DNA from: an uncultured bacterium
GTDB lineage: Bacteria > Verrucomicrobiota > Lentisphaeria > Victivallales > UBA1829
Direction: 5' to 3'
NCBI GenBank assembly: GCA_902762495.1
Contig: CACWOL010000001.1
Span: 5,548 to 69,547 of the forward strand
DNA length: 64,000 nucleotides
A model generated the notes under the pieces. It was given only the letters and a program-made list of their open reading frames with translations. It was not told the DNA's origin and did no database searches. The position numbers and the translations under genes were made by a program. Every line of letters starts with the position of its first letter. The first letter of the stretch is position 1. Shown here one piece after another: positions 27,581 to 41,060 of this stretch.

Positions 27581-30394
27581 GATTTGGTTGACTCCGGACT
27601 GGTGGTTGTATTGGAAGACGCCGGGACCGGCGGCTGGTATTGTTTCTTGCGAAGCGCGCGGATCCGCTGGCGGATCGAAGCAGAATCGACCGTGCCGGTC
27701 TGTTCCAGCCAGCGAAGCGCCGCGACCGCGGATTCCACGTTGGAGACGGTCGGATCCTTGTGGGCAAGGGATTCCAGCGCATCGACCGCGCGGAAGATCC
27801 AGAACGCCTCGACGGGCCTGGACGCGGCGTCCTGCGCCGGAACCAGATAGATTGTCTTGTTGAAGAGCTCGAACGCCTCCTTTTCGTCGCCCGCCTTCCA
27901 GAGGGACTGACCCGCCTTGTAATAAGCCATGGCCTCATATTCGGGACGCAGGTCCTTGAGCTTCAGGAGAGCCTGATACCGTTCGGCGGCCAGACGGCAC
28001 GCGTCGGCGGACGGGAAGACGACTTCCGGGGCGGCCTGCTTTGCTTCACCGCCGGGTTTGACGTCCTCGCCGGACTTGGCCGTTGCGGCGGTCTGCGATG
28101 CGGATGTGGGCTTCGCGGCCGTCTGCGAGGCCGCGGAGGCCGTTTCCTTCGGCCTGGTCTCGGACGCCGAACCCGTTGCCAGCGCGTAGATGCAGTCCGC
28201 GGCGGCCCCGAGGGCGGCCTGTTCCAGCATCGTGCCCGGGACGGCTTTCGCCGCGGCCTCGTATTCCGTGCGAGCCTTCGAGAAATCGTTGAAGGCGCGG
28301 GCGATATCGCCGCGGAGGTAATGGACGTCGCCCTTCAAGGCGGCATCGGGAGAAAGCGCGTCGATGGAATCCAGGACGGAAAGCGCGGACACGAGGTCGT
28401 CGCGCTGGTAGGCGATCAATGCCTTTTCGTAAGAGGCACGGGCACGGATCTTCGGGTATTTCTCCTGGTTCAGGAGCTGGTCGACCGTGCTTTCCGCATG
28501 CTGGACCGACCCGATGCCGCGGTAGTGTTCCGCAAGACGCAGCAGGGCGGCGCCGGCGTATTCGGATTCGGGATCGTCTTCGATAAAACGCCAGGATTCG
28601 CGTTCCGCGCCGACTTCATCACCGGACGCATACAGCGCATGGATCAGCCAGTAGCGGCCCAATTCCGCGACCGGGAGCGAACCGTAATCCTGCCGGAGCC
28701 TGCGGAGGCTTTCCACGGCCTTGCCGGGCTCTCCGAGGCGGATCTGCAGGCGTCCGGCTGTGTAGAGGGCGGCACCGCGGCGTTCCTGCGTTCCGGCCGT
28801 CTTCGGAGCGGCTTTTTCATAGTCCAGATAACTCTGCGCCGCGGCGGCGGCATCGCCGGTCTTGTCCTGCGCGACGGCCAGAAGATAAACGGCTTCCGGA
28901 TCAAGGTGTTCCGGATCCGCCTTGCGGAGCGCGGCGGCGGCATCCAGCAAATCGGCGTAAAGGTTGGCCTCCAGCGAACAGCGCATGGCGTTCAGCATGG
29001 CCTCGGAACGGAGTTCGGCGGAGGAATCGCCGATGGCACGGTAGAGCTTCGCGGCCTCGGCGGGTTTGCCCTCGCGCCACGTGATCTCGGCCAAGTCCAT
29101 TTTACGGGCGGTCTTCTTCGCCGGGACCGTATCGAACGCCCCGACGAACTTGCGGGCGGACGGGAACGCCTTTTCCGCCAGCATCATGTCGAGGAGCTTG
29201 CGGTAGACGGTTTCACGTTCGGCGGCGGGGACGGCAGTGTCGGAAATGCAGGTAAGGCAGATGTCCAGCGCATCGTCCGGGCGGTCGGCCTGAAAGAGGA
29301 CCGACGCGATCTGAAGCTTGAAGTCGGGGGAAAGTTTGGAGTCCTTGAAGAGCGAAAGCATGCGCGAAGCCAGGTCGGCCGCGGTCTTCCGGTCCTTGAG
29401 CCGCTGGAACACGCCGATCAGGCGCGTCATGGCGTCGAACGCGTCCTCCCGGACGGAGGCAAAGGAATACGCGAGGTGGAACGCCTCGGCGGCGCGGACA
29501 TAATCCTCGCGTTTGGAGAACTCCTCGCCGATGCGGCATGCCGCGAGGAAGAAGAAATTGTCCTTGCGCGGCATGGAGATGGCTTTGATTCCGCTCCAGT
29601 CGTCCGCGATGGCCTCGGCGCCCTTCTCCGAAAGTTTCAGGTAGAACGACAGAAGCTTGAGCGCATCGACGTCGCGTTTGTTTTCGGCCTCGGGAAGGGT
29701 TTTAAGAATGGCGTAGGCTTCCTCGTACTTGCCGAGGGCGGCCAGGGACAACGCCTGACGTTCCGACGCCCTGCGCCCGAACGCGGTCTTGTTGCCCGCG
29801 ATCTCGCCGTAATATTTCGCGGCGGCGGCATTGTCGCCTTTGAGCTCGGCGACGAACGCCGTGCAGGAAAGAGCGCGAAGATAGCTCGGGTCAAGCTTCT
29901 CAAGTTCGGAAATCAGTTTCTGGAGTATCTTGTCCGCATCGTCGGCACGGCGCTGGAGCAGGTATATCTCCGCCTGCCACAGGCTGACGGAATTCGCGTT
30001 CAGCTGGGGAAACGCGGCACGGTACTCGTCCAGGAGCTTGTTCGCGGAATCGGCGAGATTCGCAAGGATCAGGGCATCCAGCTCGCGGGCGTATGCGTCC
30101 TTGCGCGCTTCGGCGTCGCCGTTCTGTTCCGCCTTCGAGCGGTACTGCCGGTAGAAGCTCGCCGCCGTGCCGTATTCGCCAGCGGCACGCGCCCGGTCGC
30201 CGGATTCCATGTCCGGATACGAGGGCTTCCGGGTCTCGACGGCGGCCGCGGCAGGCATGTCCTGCGCGGAAGCCTGCGTCATACCGGAGAACAGGAGCGT
30301 CCCGGCGGCCGTGCAGACAAAAAGCGTCCTCCCGGCACGGATGCCGGGAAGAGATCCCGCCGAAACCGAGGTCCGGCGGCCGTATGGGAAACGA

Positions 30395-30402
<8 letters not shown>
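27577..30402 (-). CDS. Large secreted TPR-repeat protein
   Basis: The ORF reaches 30504, but that would overlap recA by 110 nt. I chose ATG 30402 ([10 protein letters not shown]..signal-like [20 protein letters not shown]). Long arrays of A/L/Y-rich TPR-like helices follow. There is a 4-nt overlap with exbB. Confidence 0.7.
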
Positions 30403-31492
<1,090 letters not shown>

Positions 31493-31522
31493 GGCTGGTG
31501 GATTCCTTTCGGTGTGAAGATG

Positions 31523-34411
<2,889 letters not shown>

Positions 34412-34547
34412 TTATCTACGAGAAAAGCCTTCACGAGAAAATTAAATCATTAACATTTTAGATAATATCTTTTTGTTTCCTGTTTGACTTTTGAGAAACC
34501 ATGGATATATTATTTGAATAATTGCTTACATTCAATAAACAACATCA

Positions 34548-34982
34548 ATGGAGACAAAAATGCCAAAGCGAAACAAACCAGAAACTCAGATTGTCGGCAA
34601 TACTGGTATGTACTATGTTTGCTATCAACTCTCGCTCATGGGATGGAATGTTATGCCTACTGCTCGAAATGCAAGAGGTGTTGATGTAATTGCATATAAT
34701 CTCGACAGCGGTAAATATCGTAGCATTCAAGTAAAAACTCTATCCTATCGGAATCAAATTCCGCTCGGCAGAAGTATTAACAAAATTCTAGCTGATTATT
34801 GGATTATAGTTGTTTTGTCTGATTCTGAGGCTCCATCTGTTTATATTCTCAGTCAAAAAGAAATGGAATCGATTCAAATATATCAGAGAACTAATAAGAA
34901 AGGAGAGGTTTCTTTTTGGTTGCTGACTTCAGCATATGAGGGACCTGAATACAAAAACAGATGGGATAAAATACAACCGTAA
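34548..34982 (+). CDS. Small PD-(D/E)xK-like (Hjc/restriction-endonuclease-fold) protein
   Basis: 144-aa ORF in an AT-rich islet. GNTGMYYVCYQL..ARGVDVIAYN..YRSIQVKT fits the D..(E/Q)xK core of small nuclease-fold proteins. This is motif-level inference only. Confidence 0.5.
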   Translation: METKMPKRNKPETQIVGNTGMYYVCYQLSLMGWNVMPTARNARGVDVIAYNLDSGKYRSIQVKTLSYRNQIPLGRSINKILADYWIIVVLSDSEAPSVYILSQKEMESIQIYQRTNKKGEVSFWLLTSAYEGPEYKNRWDKIQP

Positions 34983-35003
34983 TTGTCTGCATATGCCGAC
35001 CGT

Positions 35004-35042
35004 TAAAAAAACGCGGGTCCAGAGATGAGTCCGGACCCGCGC
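35004..35042 (-). terminator. Intrinsic terminator of the nuoE/nuoF/gltD-like operon
   Basis: Stem GCGGGTCC (35013-20) / GGACCCGC (35033-40). On the minus strand it is followed by a T-run (the plus-strand A-run at 35005-35011). It lies just downstream of the stop at 35071. Confidence 0.7.
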
Positions 35043-35070
35043 GGAATATCAGCGCAATGTGCTGTGACGC

Positions 35071-37107
35071 TTACTCTTTCTTCTTCCAGTCGAGCGCACC
35101 GGTGGGACATTCCCTGACGCACGCGCCGCAATCGACGCAGTAGTCCGGGAGACCCTGTCCGAAGGTCGTGTCGACCATGGTGTGGAATCCGCGTTTCATC
35201 ATGCCGAGAAGGGACTTATTGATGACTTCGGAGCAGACTTTCACGCAGGTGCCGCAGCGGATGCACTTCTGCTTGTCGTGAATGATGTACTTGTGGCGGA
35301 CGTCGACGGCGGAGATGGGCTTGGCGCCCTTGTAGGCGTCAGGGTTCACGCCATAGGCGGTCGAATGCTTCTTCAGCAGGCAGTCGTGCTTGCCGGTGCA
35401 GCTGCATTCGATGCAGCGGTCGGCTTCGCCGGAGACCTGTTCGGCCGTGAACGTCGGATACAGCTCGTGGAACGTGGTCTTGCGTTCTTCCATCGGGATG
35501 TATTCCGGCTGGATGCGTTCGGCGTCGGAGACCTGACGGATGTAGACGAGGTCTTCCTTCGCGAGGGAACGCCAATGGCCGCGGGAAACGTTGAATTCGT
35601 ACGGCGCCTTGTGCGGGACGCCGTTGAGGAAGTCGACGACGGAGAGCGCGGCCTTGCGGCCGGCGGCGAGGGCTTCCACGACGGTGGCGGGACCGGACAC
35701 GCAGTCGCCCGCGGCGAAGACTTTCTTCCTGCCGGAGCAGGTGAAATCGTCGGCGGAGATCTCGAAGCCGCGTTTGGATGCGGCGAAGCCTTCGGGCACG
35801 ACGGTGCGCTGGCCGATGGCGGAGATCACGGTGTCGGCCTGGAGCTTGAACTCGGAGCCGGGGATCAGGACCGGGGAACGGCGTCCGGAGGCGTCGGGTT
35901 CGCCGAGTTGCATGCGGGCGCAGGAGAGCGAGAGGGAGCCGTCGGCGTTCTTCGTGAGGGCGGCGGGCGCGGTGAGGAATTCGAACTTGACGCCTTCCTC
36001 CATGGCCTCGTCGACTTCGACGGCCTGCGCGGGCATTTCGTTGCGCGTACGGCGGTACACGATGGTCACATCGCCGCCGAGACGGAGCGCGGTACGGGCG
36101 CAATCGATGGCGGTGTTGCCGCCGCCGACCACGATGGTGCGTCCGGGATTCGGGCAGTCCTTCCAGTTCTTTCCGGCGATGTCGCCGAGCCACTGGATGC
36201 CCTTCTGCGCGGCTTCCTCGCCGTCGATGCGCATGGAGCTGGAGGCCCAGGAGCCGACCGCGAGGATCACGGCGTCGAAATCCTGTTCGAGCTGTTCGAT
36301 TGTGAAATCCTTGCCCATGGTCTGGCCGGTGCGGATCTCAATGCCGCCCATCTTGCCGAAGTGCGCGAGCTCTTTGCGGAGCGTGTCCTTCGGGAGACGG
36401 AATTCCGGGATGCCGTAGCGGAGCATGCCGCCCGCTTCGGGCATCTGTTCGAAGAGGAACGAGGAAACGCCCTGGAGGCGGAGGTAGTACGCGGCGGAGA
36501 GGCCCGCGGGGCCCGCGCCGACGATGGCGACGCGCTTGCCGTTGAGGGCGGGCAGGTCCTCCATGTAGGTGTCGTAGTACATGTCGGCGGAGAGGCGCTT
36601 CACGTCGTTGATGGAGACGGGCTTGCCTCCGATGTTGCGGCGGCAGTCGCGTTCGCAGAAACGGGGGCAGACGCGGCCGACGGACATCGGCAGCGGGATG
36701 CGCTGCTTGATGATCTCGAGGGCCTTTTTGAAATCGCCGTTGCGGCCGGCGCGGACGTATTCCTCAACAGTTGCATGCGCGGGGCAGGCGAGCGTACAAG
36801 GTGCTTCGCAGTCGCCGGTGTGCTCGGAAACGAGCAGGGAAAGGGCGGTGCGGCGCATGTCCTTCACTTCGTCGGAGGAGGCGTCGATCTCCTGTCCGGG
36901 GGCCGGGCACGCGGAGCAGGAGGGGAGGAACTTTCCGGTCTTGCAGTCCTTCACGACGCAGACGAAACAGCTGGTCGTCTTGGAGATTTTCTGGTTGTAG
37001 CAGAGCGTGGGGATCTCCACGCCGATGCGGGCGGCAGCCTGGAGGATGGTCTCGCCCGGCTGTGCGGCGACCTCGCGGCCGTCGATTTTGAAGATGATAT
37101 CAGACAT
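35071..37107 (-). CDS. GltD/NfnB-like NAD(P)H oxidoreductase fused to an N-terminal 2Fe-2S ferredoxin-like domain and C-terminal 4Fe-4S clusters (StnC-like)
   Basis: Start ATG 37107 (MSDIIFKIDGREV). CYNQ..SCFVCVV, GDCEAPCTLACPA, VAIVGAGPAGLSAAYYL, VVGGGNTAIDCARTA, AAGDCVSG and the C-terminal CIRCGTCVKVCS and CVDCGACVRECP. Confidence 0.8.
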   Translation of the reverse strand: MSDIIFKIDGREVAAQPGETILQAAARIGVEIPTLCYNQKISKTTSCFVCVVKDCKTGKFLPSCSACPAPGQEIDASSDEVKDMRRTALSLLVSEHTGDCEAPCTLACPAHATVEEYVRAGRNGDFKKALEIIKQRIPLPMSVGRVCPRFCERDCRRNIGGKPVSINDVKRLSADMYYDTYMEDLPALNGKRVAIVGAGPAGLSAAYYLRLQGVSSFLFEQMPEAGGMLRYGIPEFRLPKDTLRKELAHFGKMGGIEIRTGQTMGKDFTIEQLEQDFDAVILAVGSWASSSMRIDGEEAAQKGIQWLGDIAGKNWKDCPNPGRTIVVGGGNTAIDCARTALRLGGDVTIVYRRTRNEMPAQAVEVDEAMEEGVKFEFLTAPAALTKNADGSLSLSCARMQLGEPDASGRRSPVLIPGSEFKLQADTVISAIGQRTVVPEGFAASKRGFEISADDFTCSGRKKVFAAGDCVSGPATVVEALAAGRKAALSVVDFLNGVPHKAPYEFNVSRGHWRSLAKEDLVYIRQVSDAERIQPEYIPMEERKTTFHELYPTFTAEQVSGEADRCIECSCTGKHDCLLKKHSTAYGVNPDAYKGAKPISAVDVRHKYIIHDKQKCIRCGTCVKVCSEVINKSLLGMMKRGFHTMVDTTFGQGLPDYCVDCGACVRECPTGALDWKKKE

Positions 37108-37117
37108 GGGTTTTACC

Positions 37118-38851
37118 TCAGGCATTGGCGGATTGTTTGCGGACGCGGGAGACGGCCTTCTTCGGGCAGACTTCGATGCAGGAGTTGCACTTGGTGCACT
37201 TGGCGTTGTCGACGGAGAAGTTGTTCGCCGGGTCGATCGCGCCAACCGGGCAGGTCTTCACGCAGAGCTTGCATTTGATGCACTTGGCCGGGTCGATGGC
37301 GACGTCGACGAGCGCGGGGCAGGCGAGCGCTTCGCAGACGTGGTCCTGGACATGCGCGAGGTATTCGTTCTTGAAGTAGCGCAGCGTGGAGAGCGCGGGG
37401 TTCGGGGCCGTCTGGCCGAGGCCGCAGAGCGCGCCCTTCTTGATCTTCGGGGCGATGTCCTCCAGGAACGCGATGTCGTCCATGGAGCCCTTGCCGGAGG
37501 TGATGCGTTCGAGCGCTTCGTACATGCGCGTGGTGCCGACGCGGCAGAACGTGCACTTGCCGCAGGATTCGCGGCGGGTGAAGTTCAGGAAGTAGCGCGC
37601 GGTCTCGACCATGCAGCGGTTGTTTCCGATCACGATGAGGCCGCCGGAGCCCATGATGGCGCCGAGCTTGCCGAGGGAATCGTAGTCGATCTTCACGCCG
37701 AATTCGGAGGCCGGGATGCAGCCGCCGGAGGGACCGCCTGTCTGGACGGCCTTCACGGTGCCGGGCTCGGCTCCGCCGATGTCGTACACGATCTCGCCAA
37801 GCGTGATACCCATGGGGACCTCGACGAGGCCCGGGGTCTTCACGTCGCCGGCGAGGGCGAAGATCTTGGTGCCCTTGCTCTTTTCCGTACCGATGGCGGC
37901 GTAGGCGTCCGCGCCGATCTGGAAGATGACCGGGATGTTCGCGAACGTCTCGACGTTGTTGATGGCGGTCGGCAGGGTGTTCCAGCCGCTGTCCGTGGGG
38001 AACGGCGGGCGGAAACGCGGGGTGCCGCGCTTGCCTTCGAGCGAGTGGATCATGGCGGTCTCTTCGCCGCAGACGAACGCGCCCGCGCCTTCCTTGATGG
38101 TAATCTCGAGCGGGGCTTCGCGGCCCGGGAGCTTGTTGAGTCCGGCCTTCTTCATCTCCTCGATGGCGATCGTGAGGTGCTTGATGGCGAGGGGATATTC
38201 GGCGCGGCAGTAGATGAAGAGGCGGGTCGCGCCGGTGGCGTACGCGCCGATGAGCATGCCTTCGAGGACCTGGTAGGGAACGCTTTCCATCATGGAGCGG
38301 TCCATGAACGCGCCCGGGTCGCCTTCGTCGGCGTTGCAGATCTGAACTTTGTCCGGGACTTTCTTCGCCGCGAGGAAGCTCCACTTCATGCCGGTGGGAA
38401 ATCCTGCGCCGCCGCGTCCGCGGAGGCCGGACGCCTTGACCGCATCGACGACCTGTTCGGGCGTCATGGTCAGGACTTTTTCGAGAGCGGAGAACCCGCC
38501 GTTGGCCTTGTATTCGTCGAGGGAAACGGGATTGATGTGCCCGGCGAGACGGGTCACAAGGAGTTTTTCGAGCTTGGAGCGCTTTTCCGGGAAGACGAAC
38601 CGGCCTTCTTCGCTTTGGGCGAGAATGGCGGCGGCGGCCTCGTCGGTGCCCTTCACGCGGCCGTAGAAGATGCTGGAGCCGTCGGTAAGTTCGAGTTCGA
38701 CGATCGGTTCGGCGTAGCAGTGGCCCATGCAGCCGGTTTCGCTGACGGGGATACTGCCGGCCTGCTTGCGGATGGCTTCGAGTACGGCGCCCGCTCCGGC
38801 GGCCAGACCGCAGGAGGCGGTCCCGACTTTGATGCGTTTGATGTCTGCCAT
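37118..38851 (-). CDS. NuoF-like NADH/FMN-binding flavoprotein (second copy)
   Basis: LRGRGGAGFPTGMKWSF, CGKCTFCRVG, C-terminal CIKCKLCVKTCP and CTKCNSCIEVCP. It is a paralog of hydB at 13640-15481. Confidence 0.9.
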   Translation of the reverse strand: MADIKRIKVGTASCGLAAGAGAVLEAIRKQAGSIPVSETGCMGHCYAEPIVELELTDGSSIFYGRVKGTDEAAAAILAQSEEGRFVFPEKRSKLEKLLVTRLAGHINPVSLDEYKANGGFSALEKVLTMTPEQVVDAVKASGLRGRGGAGFPTGMKWSFLAAKKVPDKVQICNADEGDPGAFMDRSMMESVPYQVLEGMLIGAYATGATRLFIYCRAEYPLAIKHLTIAIEEMKKAGLNKLPGREAPLEITIKEGAGAFVCGEETAMIHSLEGKRGTPRFRPPFPTDSGWNTLPTAINNVETFANIPVIFQIGADAYAAIGTEKSKGTKIFALAGDVKTPGLVEVPMGITLGEIVYDIGGAEPGTVKAVQTGGPSGGCIPASEFGVKIDYDSLGKLGAIMGSGGLIVIGNNRCMVETARYFLNFTRRESCGKCTFCRVGTTRMYEALERITSGKGSMDDIAFLEDIAPKIKKGALCGLGQTAPNPALSTLRYFKNEYLAHVQDHVCEALACPALVDVAIDPAKCIKCKLCVKTCPVGAIDPANNFSVDNAKCTKCNSCIEVCPKKAVSRVRKQSANA

Positions 38852-38857
38852 GGCGGA

Positions 38858-39313
38858 TCAGCCTTTCGCTTTGTACTCGTTGAGTATCTTGGTCAGGCTC
38901 TTGCGGTCGAGCTTGCCATAGACGCGTCCGTTGATGGAGAGGACGGGGGCGAGGGAGCAGCAGCCGAGGCACGCGACGGTCTCGATGGAGAAGAGGCCGT
39001 CTTCCGTGGTCTCGCCGTCGCCGATGCCGAGTTCGGCGGAGACCCAGGCGCGGATCTGCGTGGAGCCCTTGATATGGCAGGCGGTGCCGTCGCAGACGCT
39101 GAGTTTGTACTTGCCGGGTTTGGTGCGTTTGAACTGGGCGTAGAATGTGAGGACGCCCTCGACTTCAGCGGCCGGAATGCCGAAATGCTCGGCGGCCGCC
39201 AGGATGCCGTCGTTCGAGACGTATCCTTCGCGGGTCTGGATGAGCTGGAGCCCCTTAATCAGGTTGCCCTTGTCGGGCTCCACTTCTCCGAGGTAGGAAA
39301 AAGCACTGTTCAT
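38858..39313 (-). CDS. NuoE-like [2Fe-2S] protein (second copy)
   Basis: VCDGTACHIKG and CLGCCSLAPV motifs. It lies 6 nt upstream of the NuoF-like gene. Confidence 0.88.
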   Translation of the reverse strand: MNSAFSYLGEVEPDKGNLIKGLQLIQTREGYVSNDGILAAAEHFGIPAAEVEGVLTFYAQFKRTKPGKYKLSVCDGTACHIKGSTQIRAWVSAELGIGDGETTEDGLFSIETVACLGCCSLAPVLSINGRVYGKLDRKSLTKILNEYKAKG

Positions 39314-39434
39314 GATTTCCCCTGTGGGTGTGTTGATGGGTGGGTAGAATGTGCAGGTTGTTTGCTTTTATGCGCAAACTATAATATAGCACATTTTCCC
39401 GAATAAACAAGCCGGAAAGAAATTATTGAGGTCT

Positions 39435-40265
39435 TTATCTTTCCAAAAAATGGGGATTGGTCGGTACGGCGGAGGGAACGTCCTCCGATTCTTCCTCTTC
39501 GGCGGCGGGATCCCGCCAAAAGGGATCGTACAGGGAATCGTCGGGGGACAGATAGCCGACACGATCCTCCCAGCCGGACGAATCCGCGGGACGCGGCGTG
39601 AAAGACTGCCAGGACGCCGCATGACCGTCCACGAACGCTACTGTGCAGGCTTTGGAATGCCGGAAGTCGGCGTAACCGCCCCTGCCCGAGGACGGATTGT
39701 ACAGATATGCGGTCGGCGCGGGGCGTCCGTCGGTTCCGGTCAGAAAACACGCGGCGTCGGCGAGCAGGACCAGCCGCGACGGCGTTTTGACGGTCTGGAT
39801 GCGACAGGGACGGAAGTTCGGCGGCGACGCGGACGGCCCGCTGAAGGAGAGCTGGTAGTTCATACCGTATCCGGCGTAACGCGCGGTCCAGGCGAGATTG
39901 GAGTAGAGGGCGGATTTCGCGGCGGGACACTCGAAGACGCGCCCCTTCGCCGCACCGGAATCCGGCACGAGGCGCGAGAGGATGCCAGGCCCTCGGTGAT
40001 CGGCGGAGGATTCCCAGCTCGCAAACGAAGAATCCCACGCGGGGCAGAAATACCCGCCGCTCGCATCGACATAAAGGAGATGCATCAAAGTGACTTCGCG
40101 GATGTTGCCGAGGCAGAGCGCCAGACGGGCTCGGTCCCGCGACGACGACAGCGCAGGCAGGAGCAGTCCGGCCAGGATCGCAATGATCGCGATCACGACC
40201 AGAAGCTCGACCAGGGTAAAGCGGCGCACGGCGGCTCCGGAAAATATACGGACTTGCTGTTTCAT
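39435..40265 (-). CDS. Prepilin-type N-terminal cleavage/methylation domain protein with H-X9-DG C-terminal motif
   Basis: RRFTLVELLVVIAIIAILAGLLLPAL (a class III signal) and, near the C-terminus, RHSKACTVAFVDGH, which is H, 9 residues, then DG. It also has FECP. The alternative frame 39379-40290 is rejected. Confidence 0.85.
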   Translation of the reverse strand: MKQQVRIFSGAAVRRFTLVELLVVIAIIAILAGLLLPALSSSRDRARLALCLGNIREVTLMHLLYVDASGGYFCPAWDSSFASWESSADHRGPGILSRLVPDSGAAKGRVFECPAAKSALYSNLAWTARYAGYGMNYQLSFSGPSASPPNFRPCRIQTVKTPSRLVLLADAACFLTGTDGRPAPTAYLYNPSSGRGGYADFRHSKACTVAFVDGHAASWQSFTPRPADSSGWEDRVGYLSPDDSLYDPFWRDPAAEEEESEDVPSAVPTNPHFLER

Positions 40266-40515
40266 TTTTCTCTTTGCGTAACGGGCACAAATGCCGGAGG
40301 CTGATCCGGCGCGGGAAAATTCGGAAAGGCGGGGATCCGGCTCGCCGACGTTGAATTCAGCTCACGGTTGCTCGACAGTTCGTGATTCGCACACGATTCA
40401 CCCGGTCCTTTCCACGGACAGTGAAAAATACCATACACCCGAAAAGGAGAAAATGCAAGCGGAAAGCCGTATTCACAGCAGAGCGGATCATCAACGCAAA
40501 AAGAGAAAAAAGTCT

Positions 40516-40569
40516 TTCCCGCGCATACGCGCTAGTTTCAGTTAAACTAACCTCTTTTAACTGAAACTA
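40516..40569 (+). repeat. Copy 1 of the GC-box plus AT-hairpin repeat element
   Basis: TTTCCCGCGCATACGCGCT followed by AGTTTCAGTTAAA (40534-46), 8-nt loop, TTTTAACTGAAACT (40555-68). Confidence 0.8.
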
Positions 40570-40703
40570 GATATTCTTTCGAAATACAGCTTTTTGAGGG
40601 ATAACATTCCCCTGACGCTAACCGGAAACAGCCATGGGATCCATGTAGGGCATGAGAGAAAAACTGTTTTCGATGTGTTCTGCTCAGTTCGCGGATGGTG
40701 ATG

Positions 40704-40758
40704 TTTCCCGCGCATACGCGCTAGTTTCAGTTAAAACTAACTTCTTTTAACTGAAACT
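40704..40758 (+). repeat. Copy 2 of the GC-box plus AT-hairpin repeat element (direct repeat of copy 1, 188 nt downstream)
   Basis: The same TTTCCCGCGCATACGCGCT + AGTTTCAGTTAAAA..TTTTAACTGAAACT. The similarity to copy 1 continues more weakly for about 40 nt (..CTTTTGAGGAT..). Confidence 0.8.
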
Positions 40759-40942
40759 AATGTTATTTTTCAGAAAAAACCTTTTGAGGATGAACTGTAT
40801 CCACCCTTGACACTACACAGACAACAGTCTGAATGCCTTGCTGTTTTACGGGATGTTCCGTGCAGACACTTCGGGATTCCAGTTTTCCGATGGATTTTTC
40901 CGGATTTTTTAATTTTTCTTCAATCTTTTATCATTTTTTCGG

Positions 40943-40970
40943 TTGAAATCGCGGAAAATGCGTGTATTTT
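40943..40970 (+). promoter_or_regulatory. Candidate promoter of the atypical hydrogenase-like operon
   Basis: TTGAAA (40943-48), 16-nt spacer, TATTTT (40965-70) preceded by GTG. The layout matches the gyrB candidate promoter. Confidence 0.45.
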
Positions 40971-41060
40971 CCTGTATCGGCTATTCTTTCACACGGACAG
41001 GACACGCAAGCCGCCCGCACCTGTTTCCGGCCCGGCCCGCGGAGAAAAGGAACTGCACAC

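Noticed and set aside
37113-38972. 619-aa minus-strand ORF overlapping the NuoF-like gene.
   Set aside because: It is an alternate frame with Arg/His/Pro-rich nonsense. Frame 37118-38851 carries the GRGGAGFPTG and ferredoxin motifs.
39379-40290. 303-aa minus-strand ORF overlapping the prepilin-like gene.
   Set aside because: Frame 39435-40265 gives a textbook FTLVELLVVIAIIAIL prepilin leader and the H-X9-DG motif. The alternative frame has no recognisable features.
40516-40758. Possible CRISPR array.
   Set aside because: There are only two direct copies, the spacing of 188 nt is far larger than CRISPR repeat-spacer units, the repeat contains a long AT hairpin plus GC-box, and there are no cas genes in the window.
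40800-41060. A sigma-54 (-24/-12) promoter downstream of the repeat element, which would make the element an enhancer-binding-protein site.
   Set aside because: I found no GG-N10-GC match with TGGCAC/TTGC character. A sigma-70-like TTGAAA-N16-TATTTT is present instead.
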